In this document: piece after piece, positions 19,058 through 26,740 of the stretch
How positions within the stretch are numbered: the first letter of the stretch is position 1
Layout of the letters: each line of letters starts with the position of its first letter
From: a virus
Taxonomy: Duplodnaviria > Caudoviricetes
Virus record (IMG/VR): IMGVR_UViG_3300037311_000019
Location: 1-36,136 of that record
Reading direction: 5' to 3' (one strand)
Length of the DNA stretch: 36,136 bases
Notes under the pieces: model-generated
Databases searched by the model: none
What the model saw: only the letters and a program-made list of their open reading frames with translations
Told to the model about the DNA's origin: nothing
Program-made: the position numbers and the translations under genes

Positions 19058-19268
19058 TTTCTGCCTTCAGTAGGCCATCCAAGCAATACTTGAACATGGT
19101 TTTTGCTTGCTCGTGGTTTAGCAAGTTTGTGCCAGTCGGCGCATAAACCATGCCGCGCCGATTGGTTACAGGCTAGTATGAAATACCGTTGTCTGGAGAA
19201 AAATCACGCGGCAAATCCCACGATAAAAAACGACTTGCTGCTTCTTTAATAATTTCGTCTCGGTTCAT
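19044..19268 (-). pseudogene. Conserved phage hypothetical gene interrupted by an in-frame TAG
   Basis: MNRDEIIKEAASRFLSWDLPRDFSPDNGISY*PVTNRRGMVYAPTGTNLLNHEQAKTMFKYCL. SD AGGAG, TAG at 19173-19175. Confidence 0.65.
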
Positions 19269-19269
19269 T

Positions 19270-19494
19270 TCACTTCTCCTTAAATTGGTGGGTTATTGCA
19301 CGAAGCTCTTTCGTAGACTGCCGAAACAAAGGCTTGTAGTCGCGAAGCGAAGCGTGGTGCAGCTTCCTCCCTTGCTTACCATCTTGCCTCATAGCAAGGA
19401 TGTAAATTTGACGCGTTACGTGTGCCCACGCTATTGCCTCGGCTTCGCCGTCTCGTGCTCTGACAAAGTTGAAACGCTCGATTTCGTGCATCAT
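19270..19494 (-). CDS. Hypothetical protein
   Basis: SD GAGG, 74 aa, fits operon packing. Confidence 0.55.
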   Translation of the reverse strand: MMHEIERFNFVRARDGEAEAIAWAHVTRQIYILAMRQDGKQGRKLHHASLRDYKPLFRQSTKELRAITHQFKEK

Positions 19495-19514
19495 TACCTC
19501 TCTATTGGTGGGTT

Positions 19515-19645
19515 AGTAGTGGTGATGTGCTATTACGCCAAAGACATTTCTAGCGTTTTACCCGCCGCCAGCCTCAGCCAACAGCGGCGCTGACAATTCA
19601 CTCTTTAATGGATGGCTGCTTCTAAGCCTACTGCTCACCACTACT
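19515..19645 (-). ncRNA. Candidate structured intergenic RNA
   Basis: Perfect 11-bp closing stem AGTAGTGGTGA/TCACCACTACT around about 110 nt. Shares short motifs with the 27100-27273 element. Confidence 0.45.
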
Positions 19646-19655
19646 TTCCCGTTGG

Positions 19656-20120
19656 TCAAAACTCGCCCGGCGCAACTTGGAAACACGCAACACCTTCGCT
19701 GCGCCACATCTGCACTACTCTGTCGCGGTCATCAAAAACAGCGACAAGCCTTTTACGATCATCGACCAGCATGTTTTGAAACCATGAGCGTTTCAAATCG
19801 TCATCGGCGGTGTAATCACCTTCAGCGCGCATCATAAGCATCGGCTCGTGCAGGTCTAGCGATAAAAAACTAGTGTGTTTTGCAAGCCAATCAACAGTTT
19901 TCTGTCGAACCTCGTCACTACGCCCGCTAAAAAACCAAATATCTGCACCCGATTGCCGCAAAAGCTCCATCGTTTTAATAACCGGTTGGTTGGGCAAATC
20001 CTCACTGCACGCGGCATAAAAGTACCGCCACTTGTTGGGGTCGCTACTTTCAAGAAAATGCTTTCGATGTTCTATAAGCGCAATCGTGCCGTCAACATCA
20101 AAGATGTACAGAGGTTTCAT
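19656..20120 (-). CDS. HAD-family phosphatase (polynucleotide 3'-phosphatase/PseT-like domain)
   Basis: IFDVDGT (motif I), FSGR (motif II) and VFDDR (motif IV), ending CFQVAPGEF. Confidence 0.88.
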   Translation of the reverse strand: MKPLYIFDVDGTIALIEHRKHFLESSDPNKWRYFYAACSEDLPNQPVIKTMELLRQSGADIWFFSGRSDEVRQKTVDWLAKHTSFLSLDLHEPMLMMRAEGDYTADDDLKRSWFQNMLVDDRKRLVAVFDDRDRVVQMWRSEGVACFQVAPGEF

Positions 20121-20413
20121 TTCTCCATCGCCTTCAACAATTCATCAACAATCACCGCCCATGCATCAGGGGAGATAAGCACGTCGCCTCTGAATTGATC
20201 GAGCATCTCTTGTGCCCGCTCTTTTGCTGATGGTGGGAGCATGTAGAGAGCATCGTTGGCAGTCAATGGCTTCCCATTGATGTCCCACGAACTGTCTGAA
20301 TTCTGGTCAGCCCAAGTCTTCGAGCTTGGAATCCACACGACACAAACCGGGCCTAGCTTGCCGCTTGTAACACGCGCCCCATTAAGCGCTTCTTCATGGT
20401 TAAAGGGTCTCAT
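20117..20413 (-). CDS. Hypothetical protein
   Basis: Starts MRPFNHEEALNG and overlaps its neighbours in operon fashion. Confidence 0.5.
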   Translation of the reverse strand: MRPFNHEEALNGARVTSGKLGPVCVVWIPSSKTWADQNSDSSWDINGKPLTANDALYMLPPSAKERAQEMLDQFRGDVLISPDAWAVIVDELLKAMEK

Positions 20414-20996
20414 CACTTTCCTTTCTATTGTCGATACGCTTAAATTCAATGACCCATACCCAAGGGTTTGCGGCCCATGCGCCTTCGCCGTTGATGGATT
20501 CCCAAAGCCCTGCAAACTCGGTGATGTGTGTGTTACCTTGCGCTTCGGATGCGGCAGTTAGAAACGTACCCTCGGCTATCGCGTCTACCTCGCTAATGTC
20601 GTTCAGGCGCTCGACGCGAACGCGCATCACTTCAAGCAGGATGCGAGATAGTCGGCGCGGCATATGAATAGCAGGCGTCCAGCCAATGCCCTTAGCGTTG
20701 CCGTTTAAGTCTAAATCCGCACGATAAGCTGTATGCTCCGGTCGCACTGGGATGCTGACGGACGCCTCCCGGCAATAGCCTGCCGGTTCGTGAATGAATG
20801 TCTCCCGCACCCACATCTGGTCGCCGGGCTGGCCGTAGGGGCACTCAAACCAAAGCCCTTCAACAAACGCGCCTCCTTTCAGGTGCATGACGTTACTTTG
20901 ATGCCGCTCTTTAATCACTCGCCGCGTCTGCGTCTTGCGACCGTCCAGAATCGCACGCGCCATCGGCGCGCTAAAAAGTATTGGGCGTTCTTTCAC
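20400..20996 (-). CDS. ASCH/PUA-like phage protein
   Basis: MKERPILFSAPM, ILDGRKTQTRR, CPYGQPGD, WVRET, IHMPR, RVERL and NPWVWVIEF signatures. Confidence 0.8.
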   Translation of the reverse strand: MKERPILFSAPMARAILDGRKTQTRRVIKERHQSNVMHLKGGAFVEGLWFECPYGQPGDQMWVRETFIHEPAGYCREASVSIPVRPEHTAYRADLDLNGNAKGIGWTPAIHMPRRLSRILLEVMRVRVERLNDISEVDAIAEGTFLTAASEAQGNTHITEFAGLWESINGEGAWAANPWVWVIEFKRIDNRKESDETL

Positions 20997-21439
20997 TTCT
21001 GATTCTCCAAGTTACACACACTTACTAAGCGCATACGGCTGTCGCTATACAACCCACAAGGCATATCCTCACCTTCGGTAATCCAGTAATACTTAGGCCG
21101 TGGTGCGGTTCTGCGAACGCAGGTCTCGCATTGTTCGTGTCCTCTGCCGTTACAGCGAGCAATGTCGTTTAGCATGGTGGTATCTCGATTGGTTCGCTCC
21201 ACCATTCGCCGCCAAGGTTTTGCGCTAAACGAGTCAATGCCATCGCCATCGAATACCACAACAACAGATTTGTGGTCGCCCCACTCGGCGTCAAAGCCAA
21301 TGTATCTTGCTTTCCAGAAGTAATACCGCGCCGCATCTTTCCTCACTTCTGCAAGCTGCGCCTCTAGCTCGACTATGCGCTGCTCCATTTCATCGTATAT
21401 TCCTGCAAAGTTACCCATCACCGCCCCCCCTTGGCTCAT
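20993..21439 (-). CDS. Hypothetical protein, possibly a fusion of two small genes
   Basis: N-terminal coiled coil (KDAARY) and a Cys-rich C-terminal part beginning MLNDIARC. Confidence 0.45.
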   Translation of the reverse strand: MSQGGAVMGNFAGIYDEMEQRIVELEAQLAEVRKDAARYYFWKARYIGFDAEWGDHKSVVVVFDGDGIDSFSAKPWRRMVERTNRDTTMLNDIARCNGRGHEQCETCVRRTAPRPKYYWITEGEDMPCGLYSDSRMRLVSVCNLENQK

Positions 21440-21638
21440 TTTCCTTCCTCCAACCTCAAGGCATATTGAGGCACCTTGAAACGATACATCGGTTATTTAT
21501 TGGGCTTCGGTATACTCAACTTCAATCGAGTAAATCTCACCTTCGTCCGAGTTAAAGACCTCCGGCATATACGCCGTCACTGGCAAGAGCGGGGAGTGAT
21601 GCGAAAGCGCCGTCCATGGGTTCATGGACGGTCATTGT

Positions 21639-23317
21639 CTATGACTCAAATGACGGGCAGTAATCTTCGGGCTGCTTAAAATGTAATGTCCCATCAGCGT
21701 TACGCCATGTTGATGCTAGGGCCGCAACCACCTTTTTCCCCGCTTGGCCGCCATACGCTTTAGGATCAACCAAAAGCATATAGCGTTTAGTCGTGCCGTC
21801 CGGCTCTGGCGTTGAATTGAGAACGTCTACCATGCAAATTGGCTCTCCGTCGCCAACATATTTAATGAGCAATCGACCAGTTCGCGCGCCCTTAAGCGGA
21901 TGGTCGTCCGCGCACTCATCGACCACCGTAGCGCCAGACTCCCTCAAATAGCGTTCATAGCCAAAACGCTCAAGCATAACACGCTTGATTTCGCTATTGC
22001 TTTCAGCTTCAATCAGGGCGACAGTAATGCGTTCTGGATGGGTAACAATCCACGACTGTTCAGGCTCAATTCGCACCCCATGCCAATGATATAGCTCCCA
22101 GCCGTCGCGCCACCGATGCGATGGCCCGCTTTCGCCATGCGGACGATTTTGGTCATCTTTTGTTAAGATTTCCGGGAAATCGCAGACCATGCAAAATTTT
22201 TCGTGCATGTAGCGAAACCCGCCATGAATCGCGCACTCTTCCCACGCTGCAAATTTTTCATGCTCTGGCAGACGCAGCCCAAGAATGTCGCGCGCAGCAG
22301 TCAAATAACAATTCCACGCCGCCAACATATTGCCGCCTTGATATTGCAGATACCAACATTGCGATGTACGCAGCGCAAACAATGCGTCGTCACGGTTGCC
22401 AAAAATGTCTAAGGCAATCTGATAAGGCCAATTGCGCGTGGCGTCGTATGTGGCTTTGTATGTGGCGTCGTCCATGGCTTCGTATGTGGCGTCGTCCGTA
22501 GCCTTGGCCGTGGCGGTGAGCATAGCGTCGTATGTGGCGTTGAGCGTGGCTTCGTATGTGGCGTTGAGCGTGGCTTCGTATGTGGCGTCGTCCGTAGCCT
22601 TGGCCGTGGCGGTGAGCATAGCGTCGTATGTGGCGTTGAGCGTGGCTTCGTATGTGGCGTCGTCCGTAGCCTTGGCCGTGGCTTCGTATGTGGCTTCGTA
22701 TGTGGCGTCGGCTGTGGCGTCGTCCGTGGCGTTGCGCGTAGCGTGGGCGTGGCGTCGTCCGTGGCGTTGCGCGTAGCGTGGGCCGTGGCGTCGTCCGTGG
22801 CGTTGCGCGTGGCGTCGTACACGGCAGAGCGCGTGGCGTCGTCCGTGGCGTTGCGCGTAGCGTGGGCCGTGGCGTCGTCCGTGGCGTTGCGCGTGGCGTC
22901 GTATGTGGCGTCGTATGTGGCGTCGTATGTGGCGTCGTATGTGGCGTCGTATGTGGCGTCGTATGTGGCGCGGTCCGTGGCGGTGAGCATAGCGTGGGCC
23001 GTAGCCTTGGCCGTGGCGTTGCGCGTGGCGTCGTACACGGCAGAGCGCGTGCCCCCTTTACTCAAGTGCCAAATCGCGCTTGCAAAGCCGCCAGCAAACG
23101 CCATTACGGCTGGTGACGGTACGATAACGACAATAGGTTCGGCCAGATTGGCCGAGGAATACAACGCCTTGATTGCCGGGACGATTTTGTCAGGCTCAAT
23201 GGGCGCGGTTCGCATTGCACGCGAAATCCATAGCTTTGCGTGGTCGTCCAGTTTCAAATTTTCTTCGGGCGTGGTGCCGCCGCCAGCAAATGCGGCGGTG
23301 CGAATAATATTTTTCAT
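21639..23317 (-). pseudogene. DUF6745-like protein with central tetrapeptide repeats, split by a 1-nt frameshift near 22748
   Basis: N-terminal half is ORF 22409-23317 and C-terminal half is ORF 21639-22619 (PHGESGP, WRDGW, YHWHGV, NSEIKRVM, NSTPEPDGT). One repeat unit lacks a base. Restoring it gives about 559 aa. Confidence 0.75.
22435..23050 (-). repeat. About 50 imperfect 12-nt tandem units encoding A-[T/M/V]-x-x
   Basis: Units ATYD, ATDD, ATRN, ATAH, ATAK, ATYE, ATLN and AMLT, with higher-order block duplications. Confidence 0.9.
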
Positions 23318-23679
23318 TAGTCGGCCACCTTCCGCAGACCCTCGGCGCGGTTGTAGCTCATTTGCGCGGGTAGCCGATAAATGGCAGGCTGCAACTTTGG
23401 CGCCAAATGCTCCTCATGGAGCAAGGGTGTTGCCACCAACACCTGCAAAAAACGTTCCGCTCCAGACCGCCACAATCGAACTGTAGGTTTGCCGTCGTCT
23501 GTTTTGGTTTCATAAATAGCATGAGCGTGGCCCGTGACTTCGCCGTATGACAGCACAACGCGGCCAGATTGAGGCGTGATGTCGATTGCGCCCGCCGGAA
23601 TTTCGGAGGCGGTATAAGCTGCATCGCCGTTTAGGAGCACATCACCTTGACGAATGATTTTTGAGTTGAGTTGTTTCAT
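23317..23679 (-). CDS. Conserved His-rich small phage protein (partner of DUF6745-like gene)
   Basis: RQGDV, GEVTGHAH and LHEEH motifs. SD AAGGA. Stop overlaps the next start. Confidence 0.75.
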   Translation of the reverse strand: MKQLNSKIIRQGDVLLNGDAAYTASEIPAGAIDITPQSGRVVLSYGEVTGHAHAIYETKTDDGKPTVRLWRSGAERFLQVLVATPLLHEEHLAPKLQPAIYRLPAQMSYNRAEGLRKVAD

Positions 23680-23729
23680 TTGATTTCCTTTTGGTTAGTT
23701 GTTAGTTGTTAAAACTTCGCTTCTGCCGC

Positions 23730-23861
23730 TCATTTAACCCCCGTAGCCCACCGAAGGAGAGAAATTTCTTCTTCGGTCATGTACTCAGAAAGGCGGATTA
23801 ACAGTTGGTCAATCCGCTCCATTACTTCGCTTTGGTCGTTATAGTCGCATCGCTCATCCAT
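23730..23861 (-). CDS. Small hypothetical protein (43 aa)
   Basis: Translated manually: MDERCDYNDQSEVMERIDQLLIRLSEYMTEEEISLLRWATGVK. Fills an operon gap. Confidence 0.35.
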   Translation of the reverse strand: MDERCDYNDQSEVMERIDQLLIRLSEYMTEEEISLLRWATGVK

Positions 23862-23943
23862 AAATCAGCCCCCAAACAAGAATCACAAAAAACACAGATG
23901 TGGCGATACCAACCCAAAACCCTCGTAAATATGCTTTTTCCAT
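23854..23943 (-). CDS. Small single-TM peptide (29 aa)
   Basis: MEKAYLRGFWVGIATSVFFVILVWGLIYG. TAATG coupling and SD GAGG. Confidence 0.45.
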   Translation of the reverse strand: MEKAYLRGFWVGIATSVFFVILVWGLIYG

Positions 23944-24287
23944 TATTTCCTCGGATGTGAATAACCCAACATTCCATGACAGACAACTTCATGGTTCCAT
24001 AGCGTTTCTGGTTCACCGATGCAGTTCAATTTTTGACCTCCAGTCGGCAAGCGTATGACGATTTTTTTGGCTTCATCTTCGGTATAGGTGCTGTAGACAA
24101 CAAAGGTGTTGTCGTTAGGAATGCGAATTACGCACGCCCCCACGGTCGGGACACGAAACCCGCAAACACGCTGAACCGTTTGCGCGTCAAGCTGATACCA
24201 GCCCGCATACTCCATGTTAGGAGCGTCCTTAACCAAGTCTGGGACGCACCCGACCAAAATTAGCAAGCAGAGACTAATCGCCTTCAA
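23943..24287 (-). CDS. Lipoprotein with HExxxH-like motif
   Basis: TTG start after SD GAGGAG, signal MKAISLCLLILVG|C, C-terminal NHEVVCHGMLGYSH. Confidence 0.6.
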   Translation of the reverse strand: MKAISLCLLILVGCVPDLVKDAPNMEYAGWYQLDAQTVQRVCGFRVPTVGACVIRIPNDNTFVVYSTYTEDEAKKIVIRLPTGGQKLNCIGEPETLWNHEVVCHGMLGYSHPRK

Positions 24288-24606
24288 ACTCAATCTCCTC
24301 AGTTGCCATTTGGGTTGCGCGCAGCCATAGCGCTTCGGCGGTGACTGCGATGATTTTCTCGCCAATTGACTTGCACGCATCAGGCGAAATAAAGCCGTTT
24401 GCATTTGCCTTAAACGCCGAATCAAGCGCATTTAATAACGCTTGGTTGGCATACATATCAGCATGCTCGATATACAACTCCAGCACGTTGTAATGGCGAT
24501 ACTCCTTACGCCAAATTTTCAAAATCTGTGCGTAGACTTGCTCATCCGTAGGCTCTGGCGCATCAGGCCGCGAATTGTGGACTAGCTCATCATTTTCAAT
24601 GCTCAT
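24274..24606 (-). CDS. Hypothetical protein
   Basis: Starts MSIENDEL and overlaps both neighbours. Confidence 0.5.
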   Translation of the reverse strand: MSIENDELVHNSRPDAPEPTDEQVYAQILKIWRKEYRHYNVLELYIEHADMYANQALLNALDSAFKANANGFISPDACKSIGEKIIAVTAEALWLRATQMATEEIEFEGD

Positions 24607-24970
24607 CGCCGAAGCCCAATCCGCGATAACCCGCAATCGCAATAGCCGACTCAAGCAAGCACCGTAACTCGATGCGGTCATCGTCTTGCATGTGTTTGAG
24701 CGCAGCCGACAATGTAAACCAACGACATCCTGCCCCGACGTATGCAACACCATTGACCTCAGCTACGCAAACGCGATAACCGTTAGCAGCACCAATATCA
24801 ATAGCCCAAGTCGCACGCTCGCCGATTATTGCGCCGTCGCCGAGGGTTGCTTGGTTGCCCATAACGATGATTCTTGCGCCCGCTTTACACCACTTAACGC
24901 CCGGCGATATTGACCAGCCCCAGCTATCCGTAGGCCAAGACGCAACTGCTTTTGAGATATTTATCATCAT
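24596..24970 (-). CDS. Hypothetical protein with three hexapeptide-like repeats
   Basis: MGNQAT-LGDGAI-IGERAT followed by a VGAGCRWFT..A..H domain. SD GAGG. Confidence 0.6.
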   Translation of the reverse strand: MMINISKAVASWPTDSWGWSISPGVKWCKAGARIIVMGNQATLGDGAIIGERATWAIDIGAANGYRVCVAEVNGVAYVGAGCRWFTLSAALKHMQDDDRIELRCLLESAIAIAGYRGLGFGDEH

Positions 24971-24983
24971 TTAATCCCTCACA

Positions 24984-25060
24984 GAAAAAGACCCCAACCG
25001 ATTCAAAGCGGAACATCAACAACGTGGCTTCCTACTGTTTCGTAGTGAAACGGGTTGGGG
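24984..25060 (-). terminator. Branched hairpin with U tract (terminator or attenuator candidate)
   Basis: Minus strand CCCCAACCCGTTTCA...TGAATCGGTTGGGG-TCTTTTTCT enclosing two sub-hairpins. Confidence 0.5.
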
Positions 25061-25088
25061 AGTGATACTCGGACAATATATGGCTTCA

Positions 25089-25340
25089 TTAGCCGTAGCC
25101 GTCGCCGTAGCCATAGCCGTAGCCATAGCCGTTGCCGTAGCCGTCGCCGTAGCCGTCGCCGTCGCCGTCGCCGTAGCTGCCGTAGCCATAGCCGTAGCCA
25201 TAGCCGTTGCCGTAGCCGTCGCCGTAGCCATAGCCGTTGCCGTTGCCGTAGCCGTAGCCGTCGCCGTCGCCGTAGCTGCCGTCGCCGTAGCCGTAGCCGT
25301 AGCCGTTGCCGTCAATCGGCAAAACTAAATTGCCGACCAT
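25089..25340 (-). CDS. Gly-X (GYGDGYGNG) repeat protein
   Basis: About 36 GGC-[TAC/TAT/GAC/AAC] hexamers, co-oriented with the operon. Confidence 0.65.
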   Translation of the reverse strand: MVGNLVLPIDGNGYGYGYGDGSYGDGDGYGYGNGNGYGYGDGYGNGYGYGYGYGSYGDGDGDGYGDGYGNGYGYGYGYGDGYG

Positions 25341-25645
25341 TTTTTTTGCTCAACATCAATCAACAAAATAACGGCTCGCAAAGGCACGGTTACGACACCA
25401 GCTCTATCAAGAACCGTTGACGCCAAAGGCCCATTTACTAATTCGCCGAGACCTTTGGTTGTACCCCAACGGCGAATGTTTTTTGCGTTATCAATCGTCA
25501 AAAAATTGCCGTCAATTGTTGTATGGCCAACGTATACAAAACCACGGTCAACAACAACAATTTTGATTGAGCCGCTTGGCGGTTGAATTGAATCGGCTCG
25601 GACATACTGCACATTGTCAATCTGAATTGTGTTTGGTGCCGACAT
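25325..25645 (-). CDS. DUF6948-like conserved phage protein
   Basis: IVVVDRGFVYVG and NIRRWGTTKGLGEL..GP motifs. Strong SD AAGGAG. Confidence 0.75.
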   Translation of the reverse strand: MSAPNTIQIDNVQYVRADSIQPPSGSIKIVVVDRGFVYVGHTTIDGNFLTIDNAKNIRRWGTTKGLGELVNGPLASTVLDRAGVVTVPLRAVILLIDVEQKKWSAI

Positions 25646-25786
25646 TCTTTCTCCTTTAACAGTTAATTTGCGTCCGGCTCTGGCCGCAGCGCTCGCCTTA
25701 GATTCCTAGCTCTTTCGAGATACGCTTGCGCCGTAGGAATCACGCTTATCGGTGGTTACTCAATATGAGATATGTGCCGATGGGTG

Positions 25787-25815
25787 TAATATGCTCCTAT
25801 TCTAACCCATTGTCA
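25787..25815 (-). promoter_or_regulatory. Sigma70-type leftward promoter
   Basis: TTGACA-17 nt-CATATT on the minus strand, upstream of the 25645-18357 operon. Confidence 0.7.
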
Positions 25816-25911
25816 ACCCCTTTACATGATTAGACGCATATATTTTTTCGCCGCGTGTTGCGCTCTTGTTGGAATGACGCTTGGCACGTTATTTGCATAC
25901 GTGGTGTTCTC

Positions 25912-26262
25912 ATGACCGAGAGCCAAGAACAAACCGCGTTTGTGGAGTGGTTCCGCCTTCAATATCCAAAAGAGATTGTTTTCGCCATTCCCAACGGCGC
26001 AAATAAGTCGATAGCCACGGCCATGAAATTCAAGCGAGAAGGGCTACGCCCCGGCGTTCCCGACTTATTTATCGCTACTCAACCCGGAATCTTTATTGAG
26101 ATGAAAGCAAAAACGGGAAGGGTATCCAAGAAACAAAAAGAGATGATTGCCGCCCTAAGAGGCAAGGGATATATTGCAGAGGTGTGTTTTGGGTTTGAGG
26201 AAGCTAAGGCGTTGGCAAATAAATATCTTAACCCCCTTGACAAACGAAACGAGAGAGAATAA
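25912..26262 (+). CDS. VRR-NUC domain nuclease (Holliday junction resolvase-like)
   Basis: ESQEQ, FAIPNG, GVPDLFI, FIEMKAKTGRVSKKQ (PD-(D/E)xK fold). Confidence 0.88.
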   Translation: MTESQEQTAFVEWFRLQYPKEIVFAIPNGANKSIATAMKFKREGLRPGVPDLFIATQPGIFIEMKAKTGRVSKKQKEMIAALRGKGYIAEVCFGFEEAKALANKYLNPLDKRNERE

Positions 26263-26265
26263 AGT
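26237..26265 (+). promoter_or_regulatory. Sigma70-type promoter for the RNA cluster
   Basis: TTGACA-17 nt-TAAAGT. Confidence 0.75.
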
Positions 26266-26271
26266 ATGAAT

Positions 26272-26338
26272 CACCTACTCCCCTTCGGTGACGTATAGGA
26301 GCGTTACCGGTCACTTGACGGGTTTGGGGGAGTAGGTG
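26272..26338 (+). ncRNA. Structured leader RNA before the tRNA
   Basis: Perfect 12-bp stem CACCTACTCCCC/GGGGAGTAGGTG enclosing hairpin CGGTGACG/CGTTACCG. Confidence 0.5.
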
Positions 26339-26343
26339 TCTAA

Positions 26344-26418
26344 CGCGGGGTAGCTCAGAGGAGGAGCGCTGGATTCATAATCCAGAGGTCGTGGGTTCGA
26401 TTCTCACCCCCGCAACCA
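26344..26418 (+). tRNA. tRNA-Met (CAU) with initiator-like acceptor stem
   Basis: Full cloverleaf, anticodon CAT at 26376-26378, GGTTCGA T loop, encoded CCA, C1:A72 mismatch. Confidence 0.93.
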
Positions 26419-26431
26419 ACTAAGGGAAATT

Positions 26432-26740
26432 ATGGTTGAAAACATAAGTTTTAATCTCGCAAAGCAAGAAACGCAGGCGTCAGAGCCGAAAAAATCACCC
26501 ATCGATGAAAGCTTGGAGAGCCAGCGCATCTCCATCACTCAGATCGGAGGTGCTGTACAAGCTCTTCGCCGCCGATTAGTTCCCGTGCTTAAAGAGGGAA
26601 CCCAAACAGTTCAAGAAGACGCGACAATTTCTACAAAGAAAAGTTGTTGCCCATTAGCAGATGAAATTGAATCAAACAGCCAATCGTTAGCCTATATTAA
26701 CGGGATGGTTATGTTGTTGCTGGAAGATTTGGCATTGTAG
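26432..26740 (+). CDS. Hypothetical protein
   Basis: 102 aa helical ORF (RRLVPVL, CPLADEI) with SD AAGGG. Confidence 0.6.
   Translation: MVENISFNLAKQETQASEPKKSPIDESLESQRISITQIGGAVQALRRRLVPVLKEGTQTVQEDATISTKKSCCPLADEIESNSQSLAYINGMVMLLLEDLAL

Noticed and set aside
22432-23486. Long + strand and alternate-frame ORFs (VASYVA, GVVCGVV, PHTKPRST) over the repeat tract
   Set aside because: These are shadows of a stop-free repeat. Only the minus-strand ATxx frame joins recognisable N- and C-terminal domains.
25016-25420. ATATAT, VAVAVA and RSRSRR ORFs
   Set aside because: Alternative frames of the GGC-NAC hexamer repeat. The Gly-X frame fits the operon best.
26344-26418. tRNA as an attP/attB prophage boundary
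   Set aside because: No integrase, no duplicated tRNA 3' end, and phage genes lie on both sides.
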